From assembly GCA_964016885.1 (NCBI GenBank), contig OZ024756.1:17050001-17114000 (forward strand): a stretch of 64,000 nt of DNA, read 5' to 3'. The notes beneath the pieces were generated by a model. That model was not told the origin of the DNA, searched no databases, and worked only from the letters and a program-made list of their open reading frames with translations. Source of the stretch: Eledone cirrhosa (Eukaryota). Both the position numbers and the translations under genes were made by a program. The stretch's first letter is position 1, and the number at the start of each line of letters is the position of its first letter. Of the stretch, positions 27,597 to 45,128 are shown piece by piece.

Positions 27597-27645
27597 CTGC
27601 ACTCGCCATTGCGAAGCGAACGGGGGAACACCCCGTCGTCGCCAT
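27597..27645 (-). CDS. Candidate first coding exon (MATTGCSPVRFAMASA, phase 1) of an unidentified gene
   Basis: CpG-rich unique patch; ATGGCG start; CAG|GTAGGT donor; CCAAT and CACGTG just upstream; pyrimidine-rich upstream leader. Confidence 0.35.
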
Positions 27646-28391
27646 CGATTGGTTGTGTGTCAATCACGTGCCCGATAATATTGTGGGAATTCCGTGCATT
27701 TGTTCAAATCGAATTTACAGCGTGTTATTTTTACTGTCCATTAAAGACATCTGAGTCTAAACTGACTGAATAGATGAGAGTCGACGAGGAGAAGTAGGAG
27801 GAAAGGGACAATGAGAGAGATAGAAGTGGAAGTAGAGAGAGGGGGGGAGAGAGAAACAAAGAAAGCGCCGTGGGAGAGTGAGTGAGGGACAGAGTGAATG
27901 AGATGGAGGAGAGGCAGGAGAAAGAGATACAGAGAGAAAGAAAGTGTAGGGGTGACTGTGGTGGTGGGAAAGAAGAGAAAGAGATGAGGGCGGAAGAAAG
28001 AGAGATAGTTATGGACGTGTAGAGAAAGTAAGTGATAGAGAGAAAGAGAAAGTAAAAGAAGTATTAAGCAACAGTAGTTGGTGTTGACGATTAGGCACTA
28101 GTAACCTCTTACACTACACACTACTGCTTAGTTAAAGCACAGCAGTGTGTAGTGGTAGTGGTAGAGCTGGTAAAGCGTACTTTTACAGCTGACTGCTGAT
28201 TATGTGTTCACTATTTCTGAAAGGCACTTGTACTTATCGGATGCCAAGCCAAGCTTGTTGTAGGTAGACATACGATCGTGTGTAAATGATTCTCTGCTCT
28301 GCTCTGGCTCAATGATTTTCTCACTGTTGGTTTGTCTTAACAAATCTACAGATCACAGTTCAAGTCAGCCCACATTTTCTTTTTTGAATAA

Positions 28392-29045
28392 TTGTTTCTA
28401 CTTTAGGCACAAGGCCAGCAAATTACCCAGTGCATTACTGGTACTTTATTTTATCGACCCCCGTAAGGATGAAAGGCAAAGTCAACCTCGGCGGGATTTG
28501 AACTCAGATCGTAAAGGGACGTAACTATGCTGGAAAGCATGGCGTCCAACCCTCCACTGATACTGCCGAATAATAATAATTATAATTGTTTCTACTTTTG
28601 GCACAAGGCCAGCAATTACCTCAGTGTATTACTGGTACTTTATTTTATCGACCCCCGTAAGGATGAAAAGCAAAGTTAACCTCGGCGGGATTTGAACTCA
28701 GACCATAAAGGGCCGTAACTCTTTGCTGCAAAGCATGGTGCCAGACCCTCTTCCGCTCTGCTCTGGCTCAATGATTTTCTCACTGTTGGTTTGCCTTAAC
28801 AAATCTACAGATGACAGTTCAAGTCAGCCCACATTTTCTTTTTTGAATAATAATAATTATAATGTTTCTACTTTTGGCACAAGGCCAGCAATTACCTCAG
28901 TACATTACTGAGTGTTTTATTTTATCGACCCCCGTAAGGATGAAAGGCAAAGTTAAACTCGGCGGGATTTGAACTCAGAACGTAAAGAGCCATAACTATG
29001 CTGCAAAGCCTGGTGTCTGACGCTCTATCAATACTGCCAAACCAC
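28392..29045 (-). mobile_element. Three tandem SINE family 1 copies
   Basis: Copies at about 28392, 28586 and 28863; about 95 bp of flank (28296-28391) is duplicated at about 28757-28851. Confidence 0.8.
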
Positions 29046-29589
29046 CCAACCAAATAATGAAATTATTGTGTACAGTGCTCAGGTGCACTACAACTCATCA
29101 AAGGTGCATGTATAGTACATAGAATAATGTACAAATGTCAGGGAAGTGAACAGTGTATGAGTCATGATATACATGTGTGCGCAGTGGCGGACTGGCCAGG
29201 TTGCCCAATGGCAAGTAGCATTGCAGGGGCCCACTGTAATATTTTGGGGTCCAATGCTTTGCTTTAAAAAAAATACCTGAAATCTAAATGAAAAAATCAA
29301 ATTTTCTTACAAATAAATAAAACTATTAAGCAAAGCATTTGGTCAACCAGCTCCCCAGGGAATTAATAGAAACCAAAATATATGATAGTGCTAACAAACA
29401 GGAATCAGTGGTTGTACATTCAAAGCTTAGTGTATTCATTCATGCATGCAAACATACATATATAGATACACACACAAGTATATATATATATATACTTACA
29501 CATACACACGAACTATTGACCAAATAATTTTTGGTATCAATGGGTTAAAGACATCTGTCAAATCAATTAGTGGTGACACATATATATAT

Positions 29590-30077
29590 TGACTATATGT
29601 TGGTTGTTTACCGATACCTCAGTATGCAGATTGGAGCACTCGACGAAGTTGATTTGTTTACTCCGGAGTAATGTAAAATAATTAAGTCAAAAAGGTAAAA
29701 TTTGGCTTTGTTTATTATAAATTATAGACATACTGCTATATATATTTCGGTGACAGCCATTATTGGCTGTGACGTCTTCAGGCAGTCCGAATTGGTGTGG
29801 GAGAGACAGCTACACATGTTGTTGAAGTGTGTTTTACTCCGTCAATATTCCGATATGTCCAGCTCCTGGTTGTGTTGTTATTTCTCTGAGGAACTGGAAT
29901 CATATGATTCTAGTTCCTAAAACACACTTCAACATGTGTACCTGTCTCTCCCACACCAATTCGGACTGCCTGAAGAGGTCACAGCCAATAATGGCTGTCA
30001 CCAAAATATATATAGCAGTATATCTATAATTTATAATAAAAGAAGCCAAATTTTACCTTTTTGTCTTAATTATTTTA
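29590..30077 (-). mobile_element. Penelope-like terminus (fold-back) in (TA)n
   Basis: Arms 29674-29836/29918-30077; hammerhead in each arm. Confidence 0.75.
29732..29786 (-). ncRNA. Type I hammerhead ribozyme
   Basis: Stem I ACUGC/GCAGU; CUGAAGA; stem II ACAGCCA/UGGCUGU; GAAA; palindromic AUAUAUAU; AUA triplet. The plus-arm copy 29965-30019 has GAAA changed to AAAA. Confidence 0.75.
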
Positions 30078-30116
30078 TATATATATATACACACACATAT
30101 ATATATATATATATAA

Positions 30117-30473
30117 ATATACGATATTAAACAAATGGAAACTATATTTATAAAACCATATTTATTTCATTATACATATTTCAGGGATACCATATTAAAA
30201 ATATGGCATGCCTTCTTCAGATAAAATACAATATATAAACAGTTTTATAAATAATTTTGACGTACCATAAATATAAACGACCATTAAGAAAGGAGGCTGG
30301 CTTGGTATTTTAATATGGTATCCCTGAAATATGTATAATGAAATAAATATGGTTTTATAAATATAGTTTCCATTTGTTTAATATCGTATATCTACTCCAA
30401 AAACTTGTCGAGTGCTTTATATCGGTTATAAAATATTTACTTGTTGTAACCCAACAATTTTAAATAAAACTTT

Positions 30474-30476
<3 letters not shown>
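30117..30476 (+). mobile_element. Penelope-like terminus (fold-back) in (TA)n
   Basis: Arms about 30117-30200/30308-30391; tail to (TA)n. Confidence 0.7.
30164..30227 (-). ncRNA. Type I hammerhead ribozyme
   Basis: Stem I AUUUUAU/AUGAAAU; CUGAAGA; stem II AGG...CCU; GAAA; stem III AUAUGUAU; AUA triplet. Confidence 0.65.
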
Positions 30477-30510
<34 letters not shown>

Positions 30511-33044
30511 ACACACACACACAATGTCAATTAGATCCCTCGGGATTTTTGTACAAGTTTAAAACATGTTATGTATACATATATATAAATTTATATATAC
30601 ACATGTACATGCACACATATACACGCACTCCCATATGTGCGTGTGAGTGTGAAAGACCAGAGGTCATTATTGAAAGTCTCTGGATTTCGCAAAATACGTA
30701 ATGTTTTTTATTGGAGAAGTTAAGATATTTTCCCGCAAAAATTTGATTGCACTGTTTTGTTTCCATTTTTTGGAAAATGTTATTTATTCATTATAAAAAT
30801 TAAATGATTGCATTCTATATGTAGCCCCCCCCCCCCTCTCACCCCTTCATCTCTTGGCAACCAATATTTTTAGACCCTGTCCGCCACTGTGTGTGCGTGT
30901 ATATGGGGGGGGGGGATATCAGGTGTAGTGTTGGCGAATTTCGGGAAGCATGGAGGTTTAAGCATGCAGTGTCTTGACAGTTAACCACTGATGCAGGTAG
31001 TTTGTTCCATGCTTCAGTAACTCTGAGTGTGTAAAAATGTTTCCGAAAGTCATGTGAACTGTGCTGTTTTCTGACTTTGTAGGCATGGAATTCAAATTAG
31101 ACACATGGAATTCAAAAAGGTACTCAAGGTTGTTGTTGGCAGGATGGTTAATAACGTTGTGGGTCTTTAGCAAGTCAGTTGCCAGACGTCGGAATTTCAA
31201 TGCATCCATGCCCAGGGAAGCAAGGCGTTCAGAGTATTCGCTTGGTTGCACGTCTCTGAACAGTTTCCAGGTCAATCTTCTGAGCAAGATAAGGGTTCCA
31301 GACTGGTGATGCGAATTCTAAGTGTGACCGCACCATAGCTATATACAGCTTTAAATAGAGAGCTGGAGGGCGGCTGACAAAGGTCTTGCTGAGTGATGCC
31401 AAGACACCCTCGGCCTTCTTGACAATTTTAGAGACGTGCTTTGTCCAACGCAAATCGCTGCTGACAGTAATGCCCCGGTCACGTTTACCAGAAGACTTCT
31501 TTATATTAGTATTGTGGAGGGAGAATGAGGACGCTGGGTTTTTCCTCCCCAAATGCATGGGGGGTACACTTGTCCACGGCTAGCTTGAGTTGCCAGTCCG
31601 TGATCCATTGTTGCATTGTGTCCAGGTCTGATTGCAGGAAAGATCTATAGTGTTCAGGATCTGTCCTTTTTTATCTCAAGTTACAGCTTGATGTCATCTG
31701 CATATTTCAGTACTCTGGCATTCTTTAAGTTGGCATCTATGTCATTAATATATGCAACAAACAAAAGGAGACCAAGATCCCTGTGGTGCACCAGATGACA
31801 TCTCATACAGTGAAAAATGCTGTCCAAGAACCGTGACTACCTCTCTTCGACTGAGAATGAAGGACTTCAACCAATTAAAAAGATCATCTTTCACACCCAT
31901 TGCAGAGAGTTTTACCATAAGTCTTTTGTGTGGCACAGAATTAAAAGCTTTAGCAAAGTCAAGGTAAACAACATCCACCCATGAGCTGCCATCATCTGCG
32001 TTTCGTCGACGGTGTTGTTGAGAGAGAGGAAAGCATGGAGGCCGATCACATTAACATACCAGTTCCTTTAGTTCTTGCGCCTTGATGCCTTCGGGGGTGT
32101 TTAAAACGGAGCATATGTTGGCAAGAAGACCAGGCAAATGATCCAAAATAACAATGGGTAGGTTATTTTCGTTAAGTGAGCAGAACATTATGCAGGCTTT
32201 ATGCAATCTGCCACCTTCAGTGTTTGTTTCGTTACTTTTGCATGCTTTTGGTGTTTTTATGTCTCTTCATGCCTTACTACTTGACTTAAGCTACCAGCTA
32301 TTTCACAATTGCACAATTTACAGTAGCCTTTACTTGCGTTCTTTTTATTCAATTCCAATCACGATGAAAATTTCTGATCGTTTAATAATTTTGAGGGAAT
32401 TTATCTTTCATAGAAAGTGAATTTTAGTTTTTTTTTTTCTTCTTCTGGGGTGGGGTGTAATTTTCGTCACTATCAATGATATTTCATATTCAATTTTTTC
32501 TACTCATGATGGGTTCAAAATGTTTCTCAAAAATGCAAAAGTTCAGATATTGAAGGATGACACCACCAAAGCACACTGCAAGGCGTGACTCAATTGCTTA
32601 AACTGAACTGAGACGGTTGTCTTCCAAGAATTCGTCTTAATCTATTTATATTTAGATGTCCTTGCGTATTGTCAGCGGAATCTATTCAAGTAAAAGGTTC
32701 ACTGATCGATTGTGAGCAAATAGTACGTTATTATTGGCTACCAGGATAATAGAGAAGATGGTTGGCTACCGATTTGAAATAATATGCAGAGAGATCTGAC
32801 GGTCAAATGTATTTAATGGATAGCTTCTCGACATAAAAATCGCTATAGCCGATAAAGGGTAAATCATTAAATGGTGATTTTTAGAATATCAATTAAGCCA
32901 AATTCGCAAAGGATGTAAAATCTCTAAAATACCAAGAAATCCGGGCGTGGTACCAAACGTACAGAAAAGTCAAATTAAGGGCAATTTGTACCAAATTTCT
33001 ACGAACGTGCCAACTACGACAGCGCTTGTTTAGAGCTATGTTGG

Positions 33045-33749
<705 letters not shown>

Positions 33750-34514
33750 ACGTTTGTGTCTGTGTCTTATGTTCCGTAGTTTAGTGGCAAAGTGGTTCGG
33801 GTGGTGGGTTGAGGGGGTGTGCGGGTATGTGTGTCTGCGTCATTTGTCTTAAGTTCCATAATTTAGTGGTTAAGGGGTTCGGGTGTTGCGGTGAAAGCTC
33901 GACAAAGTGTGTGCGTGTGTGTGCGTGTGTGTGTATGAGCGTGAGTGTATATGTGTGTATATGTGCGTGTGTGTATGCAGTGGCGGACTGGCCAGGTTGC
34001 CCAATGGCAAGTGGGCCCCATGGGGCCTAAGGTAGCATTGCAGGGGCCCACTGTAGTATTTTGGGGTCCAATGCTTTGCTTTCAAAAAATACCTGAAGTC
34101 TAAGAGAAAGAATCAAATTTTCTTAAAAATAAATAAAACTATTAAGCAAAGTATTTGGTCAACCAACTCCCCAGGGAATTAATAGAAACCAAAATATATG
34201 ATAGTGTTAACAGCTGGAATCAGTAGTTGTACATTTTATTAAATTTGAAGCTTCGTGTATTCATCCATGCATGCAAACATACATATATAGACACACTCAA
34301 GTACACACACACACACACACATATATATATATTGAGTTAAGAAATTTGAGTTACAATTAAATAGCTTTTCCGAGCCGTACAATATAATTGAATAAACAAG
34401 AGAGATGAACACTAATATAAACATACATGGGTTCCGAATGACACGTGCGATAATTCATATCGTACATAATTCATTCTCTAATATTTTTAGAAGTGAAAGG
34501 ATCTCTAATTTCTC

Positions 34515-34596
34515 AACAACTACTGAGGAGCAGAGAAACGTGAGAACTTCACTTAATAAGTCGTTGCGAAACAGTCTCCAACACTGTCTAGTTGTT
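34515..34596 (+). ncRNA. Type I hammerhead ribozyme
   Basis: 8-bp stem I AACAACUA/UAGUUGUU; CUGAGGA; stem II GCA...UGC; GAAA; stem III ACAGU/ACUGU with 7-nt loop; GUC triplet; lies within fold-back insert 34332-34786 (arms 34382-34429/34738-34786). Confidence 0.85.
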
Positions 34597-34986
34597 ACCA
34601 GGCATTTTTGCCCAATATAGGTCTGTTATTTTTCTTAATTTTTCTTAATTTAATATTTAAAGTTAAGGATAACAAACTATATTGCTGTAGTTAGTATTTT
34701 TTCACCCTAGCAAATTTTAGTCCTTACGATTCGAACACATGTATGTTTATATTATTGTTCATCTCTCTTGTTTATTCAATTATATATATATATATATATA
34801 ATTTAATACAATAACAGAGATAGCCTTAAGCTAAACTCCGACTGGTAACCATCTCACTCAACAAACATTAGGTTATACGTTAGTATAAACCCAATTTAAG
34901 TGTTTGGGGTGCTAACTATAAGTATTTTGTGGAAAGCCAGTTGTATTATTTTATAAGATATAATTAAAGTTAAAATATATCTCTCT

Positions 34987-35111
34987 TTCCAAACAATTGT
35001 TTCATTATAAGTTTTCTACAAATTGGGAGAATGTTTCCAGTTTATGTAGAAGCCTAACATATATTCATGTAAGAATATATTTAGGTGGGCACTTATAAAT
35101 CTTCAGTGGAA
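34987..35111 (-). ncRNA. Type I hammerhead ribozyme with large stem II insertion
   Basis: Stem I UUCCA/UGGAA; CUGAAGA; stem II closed by UUAUAAGU/ACUUAUAA; GAAA; palindromic ACAAUUGU; GUU triplet; in (TA)n-flanked insert 34800-35203. Confidence 0.7.
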
Positions 35112-35203
35112 GCCCATTAAATTTTGATATAAGAAAAAATTTCTTACCGCAGTTAAAAATCGTGGCTGCTAAGTTGTTCCTTCACGCATCGAATGACCGC
35201 CAA

Positions 35204-35295
<92 letters not shown>

Positions 35296-35449
35296 CTTAC
35301 ATTGCCCATGGAGTACGCTGAGATATAACCGGTACTGGCATTGATAAATATGGTGGGTCCGTCAACTCCTTATTATATATATATATACTGTATATATATA
35401 TTGCACTTTCCTGTTGACAAGTGTTGTTAGGCCTCATATCATGTTACCT

Positions 35450-35519
35450 TATTTTATCTGATGAGAACACAACTTTTGTCCCAGGATGATGTTGTTTTCG
35501 AAATGCGCATAATAAAATA
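35450..35519 (+). ncRNA. Type I hammerhead ribozyme, relative of 4821-4891
   Basis: Same stems I and III; CUGAUGA; diverged but still paired stem II GAACACAAC/GUUGUUUUC. Confidence 0.8.
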
Positions 35520-35725
35520 TATGGAACTTCTTTAACCATCTTTTAATTTCTCTCTCTCTCTATATATATATATATAATATATATATATATATATAATACA
35601 TATATATATATACACACACATATATATATATATATATACTTACACATACACACGAACTACGGGCCAAATATTTTTTGGTATCAATGGGTTAAAGACATCT
35701 GTCAAATCAATTAGTGGTGAAGGTG

Positions 35726-35759
<34 letters not shown>

Positions 35760-36345
35760 TAGGTTATGCAAGAAATGCTTAGGGTTATCCTGAATGCAGT
35801 AATGGTTAATTACTACACTAGATAGAGTTGACGTACGGTGAAGGGTTACTCAACGAGTTATGGAAGAATAGTCAGAAAAATTCAGTTTTTTTATCCTTCT
35901 GTATTCCGGAGTGTAGATAAAGAATGAATAATTGTTTCTACTTTAGGCACAAGGCCAGCAATTACCCAGTGCATTACTGGTACTTTATTTTATCGACCCC
36001 GTAAGGATGAAAGGCAAAGTCAACCTCGGCTGGATTTGAACTCAGATCGTAAAGGGACGTAACTATGCTGGAAAGCATGGCGTCCGACCCTCCACCGATA
36101 CTGCCAATCCACCTCCCTTTAAAAAGAATGAATAATAACAGGTAGACATCATAAAAAGGTAATTTATTCCGAGTGCTTACAAATGTTTCAACAGCAGTTA
36201 TACAGCCTAGTTATGTTTCTGCAAACAAATAATTATTAATTAACAATTGCACATAGCATGACTAGGCTGTATAACTACTGTTGAAACATTTGTAAGCACT
36301 CGGAATAAATTACCTTTTTATGATGTCTACCTGTTATTATTCATT

Positions 36346-36351
<6 letters not shown>
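35760..36351 (-). mobile_element. Penelope-like terminus (fold-back) interrupted by a SINE
   Basis: Arms (35917..)36123-36215/36257-36351; only the GAAACATTTGTA half of a hammerhead; TA flanks. Confidence 0.65.
35933..36122 (-). mobile_element. tRNA-derived SINE family 1, full length
   Basis: A box TGGCAGTATCGG; B box GAGTTCAAATCC; TSD AAAGAATGAATAAT. Confidence 0.9.
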
Positions 36352-36393
<42 letters not shown>

Positions 36394-36396
36394 GTA

Positions 36397-36461
<65 letters not shown>

Positions 36462-37270
36462 GTATATATGTATATATATATATATATATATACATATACG
36501 TATATATGTATACACACATACATACATACATATGCAATGTTAATTAGATCCCTAGGGATTTTTGTACAAGTTTACATGTTATGTGTACATATATATAAAT
36601 CTATATATACACATGATTACACACATACATACATATGCAATGTCAATTAGATCCCAGGGATTTTTGTACAAGTTTACATGTTATGTATACATATATATAA
36701 ATGTATATATACACATGTACACGCACTCCCACATATATATATATATATATATACATTGAGTGAGTGTGAAAGACCAGAGGTCATTATTGAACTCATTTCA
36801 CAAAATACTTAATATTTTTTATTGGAGAAGTTAAGATATTTTTTCGCAAAAATTTGATTGCACTGTTTAGTTTCCAATCATGTATTTTTTGAAAATGTTA
36901 TTTATTCATTATAGAAATTAAATGATAGCATTCTATATGCCCCCCCCCCCCCCCCCACCTTCATCTCTTGGCAACCAATATTTTTAGACCTAGTCCGCCA
37001 CTGTGTGTGCGTCTGTTTGTATCTATGTGTGTGTGTTTATGTGTGTACATGTATGTGTGTGCGTGTGTATGTGTGTGCATGTGTGTGTGTATGTTTACGT
37101 TTGTGCATGTGTGTGTTTACGTGTGTTTGTGTGTATATGAAATAAGCACGTGTCTTGAAAAACATAAATATCAGGTTGTCAAAGGGGACTGACTGGATTC
37201 CTTTAACGAGCTGCCCCAACAAGGCCACAGTCAAATAAGTATTAGAGGTCGATAGAATGCAGGTAGGCTA

Positions 37271-38510
37271 TGTAATTAAGGTACAGGTATTGTGGTGTAA
37301 TTAAGGTACAGGTATTGTGGTGTAATTAAGGTACAGGTATTGTGGTGTAATTAAGGTACAGGTATTGTGGTGTAATTAAGGTACAGGTATTGTGGTGTAA
37401 TTAAGGTACAGGTATTGTGGTGTAATTAAGGTACAGGTATTGTGGTGTAATTAAGGTACAGGTATTGTGGTGTAATTGTGTACAGGTATTGTGGTGTAAT
37501 TAAGGTACAGGTATTGTGGTGTAATTAAGGTACAGGTATTGTGGTGTAATTATGTACAGGTATTGTGGTGTAATTAAGGTACAGGTATTGTGGTGTAATT
37601 AAGGTACAGGTATTGTGGTGTAATTAAGGTACAGGTATTGTGGTGTAATTAAGGTACAGGTATTGTGGTGTAATTAAGGTACAGGTATTGTGGTGTAATT
37701 AAGGTACAGGTATTGTGGTGTAATTAAGGTACAGGTATTGTGGTGTAATTGTGTACAGGTATTGTGGTGTAATTAAGGTACAGGTATTGTGGTGTAATTA
37801 AGGTACAGGTATTGTGGTGTAATTATGTACAGGTATTGTGGTGTAATTATGTACAGGTATTGTGGTGTATTTAAGGTACAGGTATTGTGGTGTAATTAAG
37901 GTACAGGTATGGCGGTGTAATTATGTACAGGTATTGTGGTGTAATTGTGTACAGGTATTGTGGTGTAATTGTGTACAGGTATTGTGGTGTAATTGTGTAC
38001 AGGTATGGCGGTGTAATTGTGTACAGGTATTGTGGTGTAATTGTGTACAGGTATTGTGGTGTAATTGTGTACAGGTATGGCGGTGTAATTGTGTACAGGT
38101 ATTGTGGTGTAATTGTGTACAGGTATTGTGTGTAATTATGTACAGGTATGGCGGTGTTATTGTGTACAGGTATTGTGGTGTAATTATGTACAGGTATTGT
38201 GTGTAATTATGTACAGGTATGGCGGTGTTATTGTGTACAGGTATTGTGGTGTAATTATGTACAGGTATGGCGGTGTAATTATGTACAGGTATTGTGGTGT
38301 AATTATGTACAGGTATGGCGGTGTAATTATGTACAGGTATTGTGGTGTAATTATGTACAGGTATGGCGGTGTAATTGTGTACAGGTATTGTGGTGTAATT
38401 ATGTACAGGTATGGCGGTGTAATTATGTACAGGTATGGCGGTGTTATTGTGTACAGGTATTGTGGTGTAATTATGTACAAGTATGGCGGTGTAATTAAGG
38501 TACAGGTATA
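37271..38510. repeat. 24/25-bp minisatellite
   Basis: TGTAATTAAGGTACAGGTATTGTGG (25 bp) grading into TGTAATT(G/A)TGTACAGGTATTGTGG (24 bp). Confidence 0.97.
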
Positions 38511-38639
38511 ACTTTGTAATTAAAACGAAGGTTATGTTATGTGGTTAAAATACAGGTATGAAAGTGAAATTAAAATACAGGTATAGTGATGTGGAAAAAT
38601 ACAGGTAGCCAGGGGTTGGGCAGTCTGACCACTGTAGCC

Positions 38640-42451
<3,812 letters not shown>

Positions 42452-42740
42452 ACATGTGAAAGCACATATCTAAGGAGTTTTCGATTCCAGAGTCAGGAAC
42501 GAACATCATCGATCGTTCCTCGAGCTGATCGGCAGTGAAACATGTGTAATATCTGATTAATTATGTATATGATGCAACACTAATTCTTTGCTCTCTTATT
42601 ATTATTATTATTATTGATACTCTGCTCACCAATAGTATTGAGGACTCATCTTAGCATACCACATGTCCGCTTTGTACAGCTTTTGGAGGAAGGAGTGAGC
42701 AGCAGTACGTTGTTCGGTATTATTATGAAAAGGTGTTGCA

Positions 42741-42890
42741 CGCCATGCTTTCCAGCATAGTTACGTCCCTTTACGATCTGAGTTCAAATCCCGCCGAGGT
42801 TGACTTTGCCTTTCATCCTTACGGGGTCGATAAAATAAAGTACCAGTAATGCACTGGGTAATTGCTGGCCTTGTGTCTAAAGTAGAAACA
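42741..42890 (+). mobile_element. 5'-truncated SINE family 1
   Basis: 19-bp TSD ATTATGAAAAGGTGTTGCA. Confidence 0.9.
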
Positions 42891-43909
42891 ATTATGAAAA
42901 GGTGTTGCAGAGAATCCCGCGTGAACTAACAGCTCGGGAGGAAACTGCTTACCTCGAAGATTCATTCGCCATTGTTCTTGTCAACGCTCCGTTTAGTTGG
43001 TATTTATTGGTCTACAGTTAAATGAATGGCGCACAAAGGGTTAATGTTTAATGGCAAGAAGATTTTTGATAATAAAAGACGGGTTAAAGCGGCCTACAAT
43101 GTATCATTCTGCGTTGATGTTAGCGGTTTTCGTTTTTGTCAATGGGTTTTTTGGACGGCAAATTCGAGACCCTTCTGTTTCTCCCTACTATTAAGACCAT
43201 TCTATGTTGGCCTGCGGATGGAAATGCAGAACGCAATGGTGAAAGTTCAGTGGTAATGGGAGTCCTATGTAGCAGCAGTAACATTGACATTGCTTACAAC
43301 GTGTGCTTTCACCCTTAACGGGATCTTCTGAAACTAAAAAATTTATTTGTGAACGCAGAAGTAAATATTTCGTAAAACGTTGCAACCGAAGGAAAACAGG
43401 AAGACGATACTTTGGTTCGTGAAGACGTTCCCTGGCAATGAACGGAAAAAAGCGAAGATAATACGTCAGCAATGAGAATAATGTTTGTAATAATGTCGTA
43501 ATGCAGACAGCCAGACATACAGACAGATATTATAAGGGCGCGACGTTATAGCTATGTATCTATCTAAAAAGACAAACTAAGAAAGACAGAGAGCTCGATA
43601 ACCGGCGCCTAACACCCCTTTAACAACAGAAAATTTAAAAATAAAAGCTGCAGTTAATATATTTAGACCGCACGGAATATATAAATGCAAGTTTGAAGTC
43701 AATGTAGATTTGTATAGACTTTGCAAAAATTAGGACACACACAAACAATTTCAGTTTTATATATATGTATAGATAGTTATATTCTCCGCCGATCATCCGT
43801 GTGTTTCCATAAAAATCTCTTTTATGATAGCTAAATACGATTGGCACAAAGCATTATACTTAAGAAAATACTATATATTTCAACCGTTCAACAGATTGGC
43901 AGAGGTATA

Positions 43910-43950
43910 CAGTCCTGATGATGGGTAATGACACAGAAACATGTTGATTG
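43910..43950 (+). ncRNA. Minimal type I hammerhead-like motif
   Basis: Stem I CAGUC/GAUUG; CUGAUGA; imperfect stem II UGGGU/ACACA; GAAA; palindromic ACAUGU; GUU triplet. Confidence 0.6.
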
Positions 43951-44070
43951 CTCCTCAATGCCAGTTTTGAACAAACGGATGATGATTGCTCCTCGGCACG
44001 GCACAGCTTTCATGGGGTCGTTTGTTTACAAACGAATCTAATATTATTATTTTTGTTCGATATAACCCAT

Positions 44071-44105
44071 GCGTTGATATGTATATATGTGTATATATAT
44101 GTATA

Positions 44106-44137
<32 letters not shown>

Positions 44138-44548
44138 TTTTCATACTTACAATTATTATTTCAACGTAATGTACTGGGTAATTGCTGGCCTTGTACCAAA
44201 AGTAGAAACAATTATTTCAACGTAATTAAACGTAAGCGTTGATATGTATATATGTGTATATATATGTGTGTGTGTGTGTGTGTGTGCGCGCGCACGTTTG
44301 CATACTTACAATTATTATTTCAACGTAATGTACTGGGTAATTGCTGGCCTTGTACCAAAAGTAGAAACAATTATTTCAACGTAATTAAACGTAAGCGTTG
44401 ATATGTATATATGTGTATATATATGTGTGTGTGTGTGTGTGTGTGCGCGCGCACGTTTGCATACTTACAATTATTATTTCAACGTAATGTACTGGGTAAT
44501 TGCTGGCCTTGTACCAAAAGTAGAAACAATTATTTCAACGTAATTCAA
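44071..44548. repeat. About 160-bp triplication including a SINE tail
   Basis: GCGTTGATATG...TGGCCTTGTACCAAAAGTAGAAACAATT three times. Confidence 0.9.
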
Positions 44549-45128
44549 CGTAATTTGGGGGCGGATCAAATATTTTATGGAACGTTTTGAGGCGTTTCTT
44601 TACGGGGTGTTTACGGGGAATATTGACGTTCACGATTACCCTTCTACCCCCAGGGGTTCCTGTCTATTATAAGGGGTTTCATTATCAACTTTGTGGCTGC
44701 TGAGAGGTGTCTTCTAAAGCTATTCTTCGTCCCCCAGAAAGATATTTTTCTATTTACGTCAGTCTGTCGATCATGTTTTACAGATTCTATTCATTGGTAA
44801 CTGGCATTGGAGATGAGGCTAATCGCTTTGTGCCCCACTCGTTTTTCTTAAAGATCGATTTCAACGGGTCAACGCCGGCAGGCCCTGTTCGTTCGTCCAG
44901 TTGTTGGATGGGGCGTCCGAGCGAGCCTCTTTTTACCGAAAGATGGTTTCCAACGCAATCTCTCGTTTCGTTGCTGTCCGCCGAGATTGCTTTTAAAGGG
45001 CTGTGTTCGTTGTAGCATTCCTTTATCAGTCGTTGTACACGGATCACCTGTCACCCTGCTCTTCGTTCGTTGAGTTTTTTGTCGGGGCATCCGAGCGAGC
45101 CCTTTTTTCCCGAAAGATGGCTTCCAAC

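Larger units (their letters stand above)
29182..30889 (+). mobile_element. hAT-type MITE, copy 1
   Basis: TIR CAGTGGCGGAC / GTCCGCCACTG; perfect 8-bp TSD TGTGTGCG. Confidence 0.85.
29062..31995 (-). mobile_element. 5'-truncated CR1-like LINE interrupted by a hAT MITE
   Basis: DVVYLDFAKAFNSVPH, GAPQGS, KYADDIKL, LYIAMVRSHLEFASPVWNP motifs with frameshifts; 3' UTR continues left of 29182. Confidence 0.85.
33978..37003 (+). mobile_element. hAT-type MITE, copy 2
   Basis: Same TIRs and body as 29182-30889; TSD TGTGTATG/TGTGTGCG; expanded by internal insertions. Confidence 0.85.
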
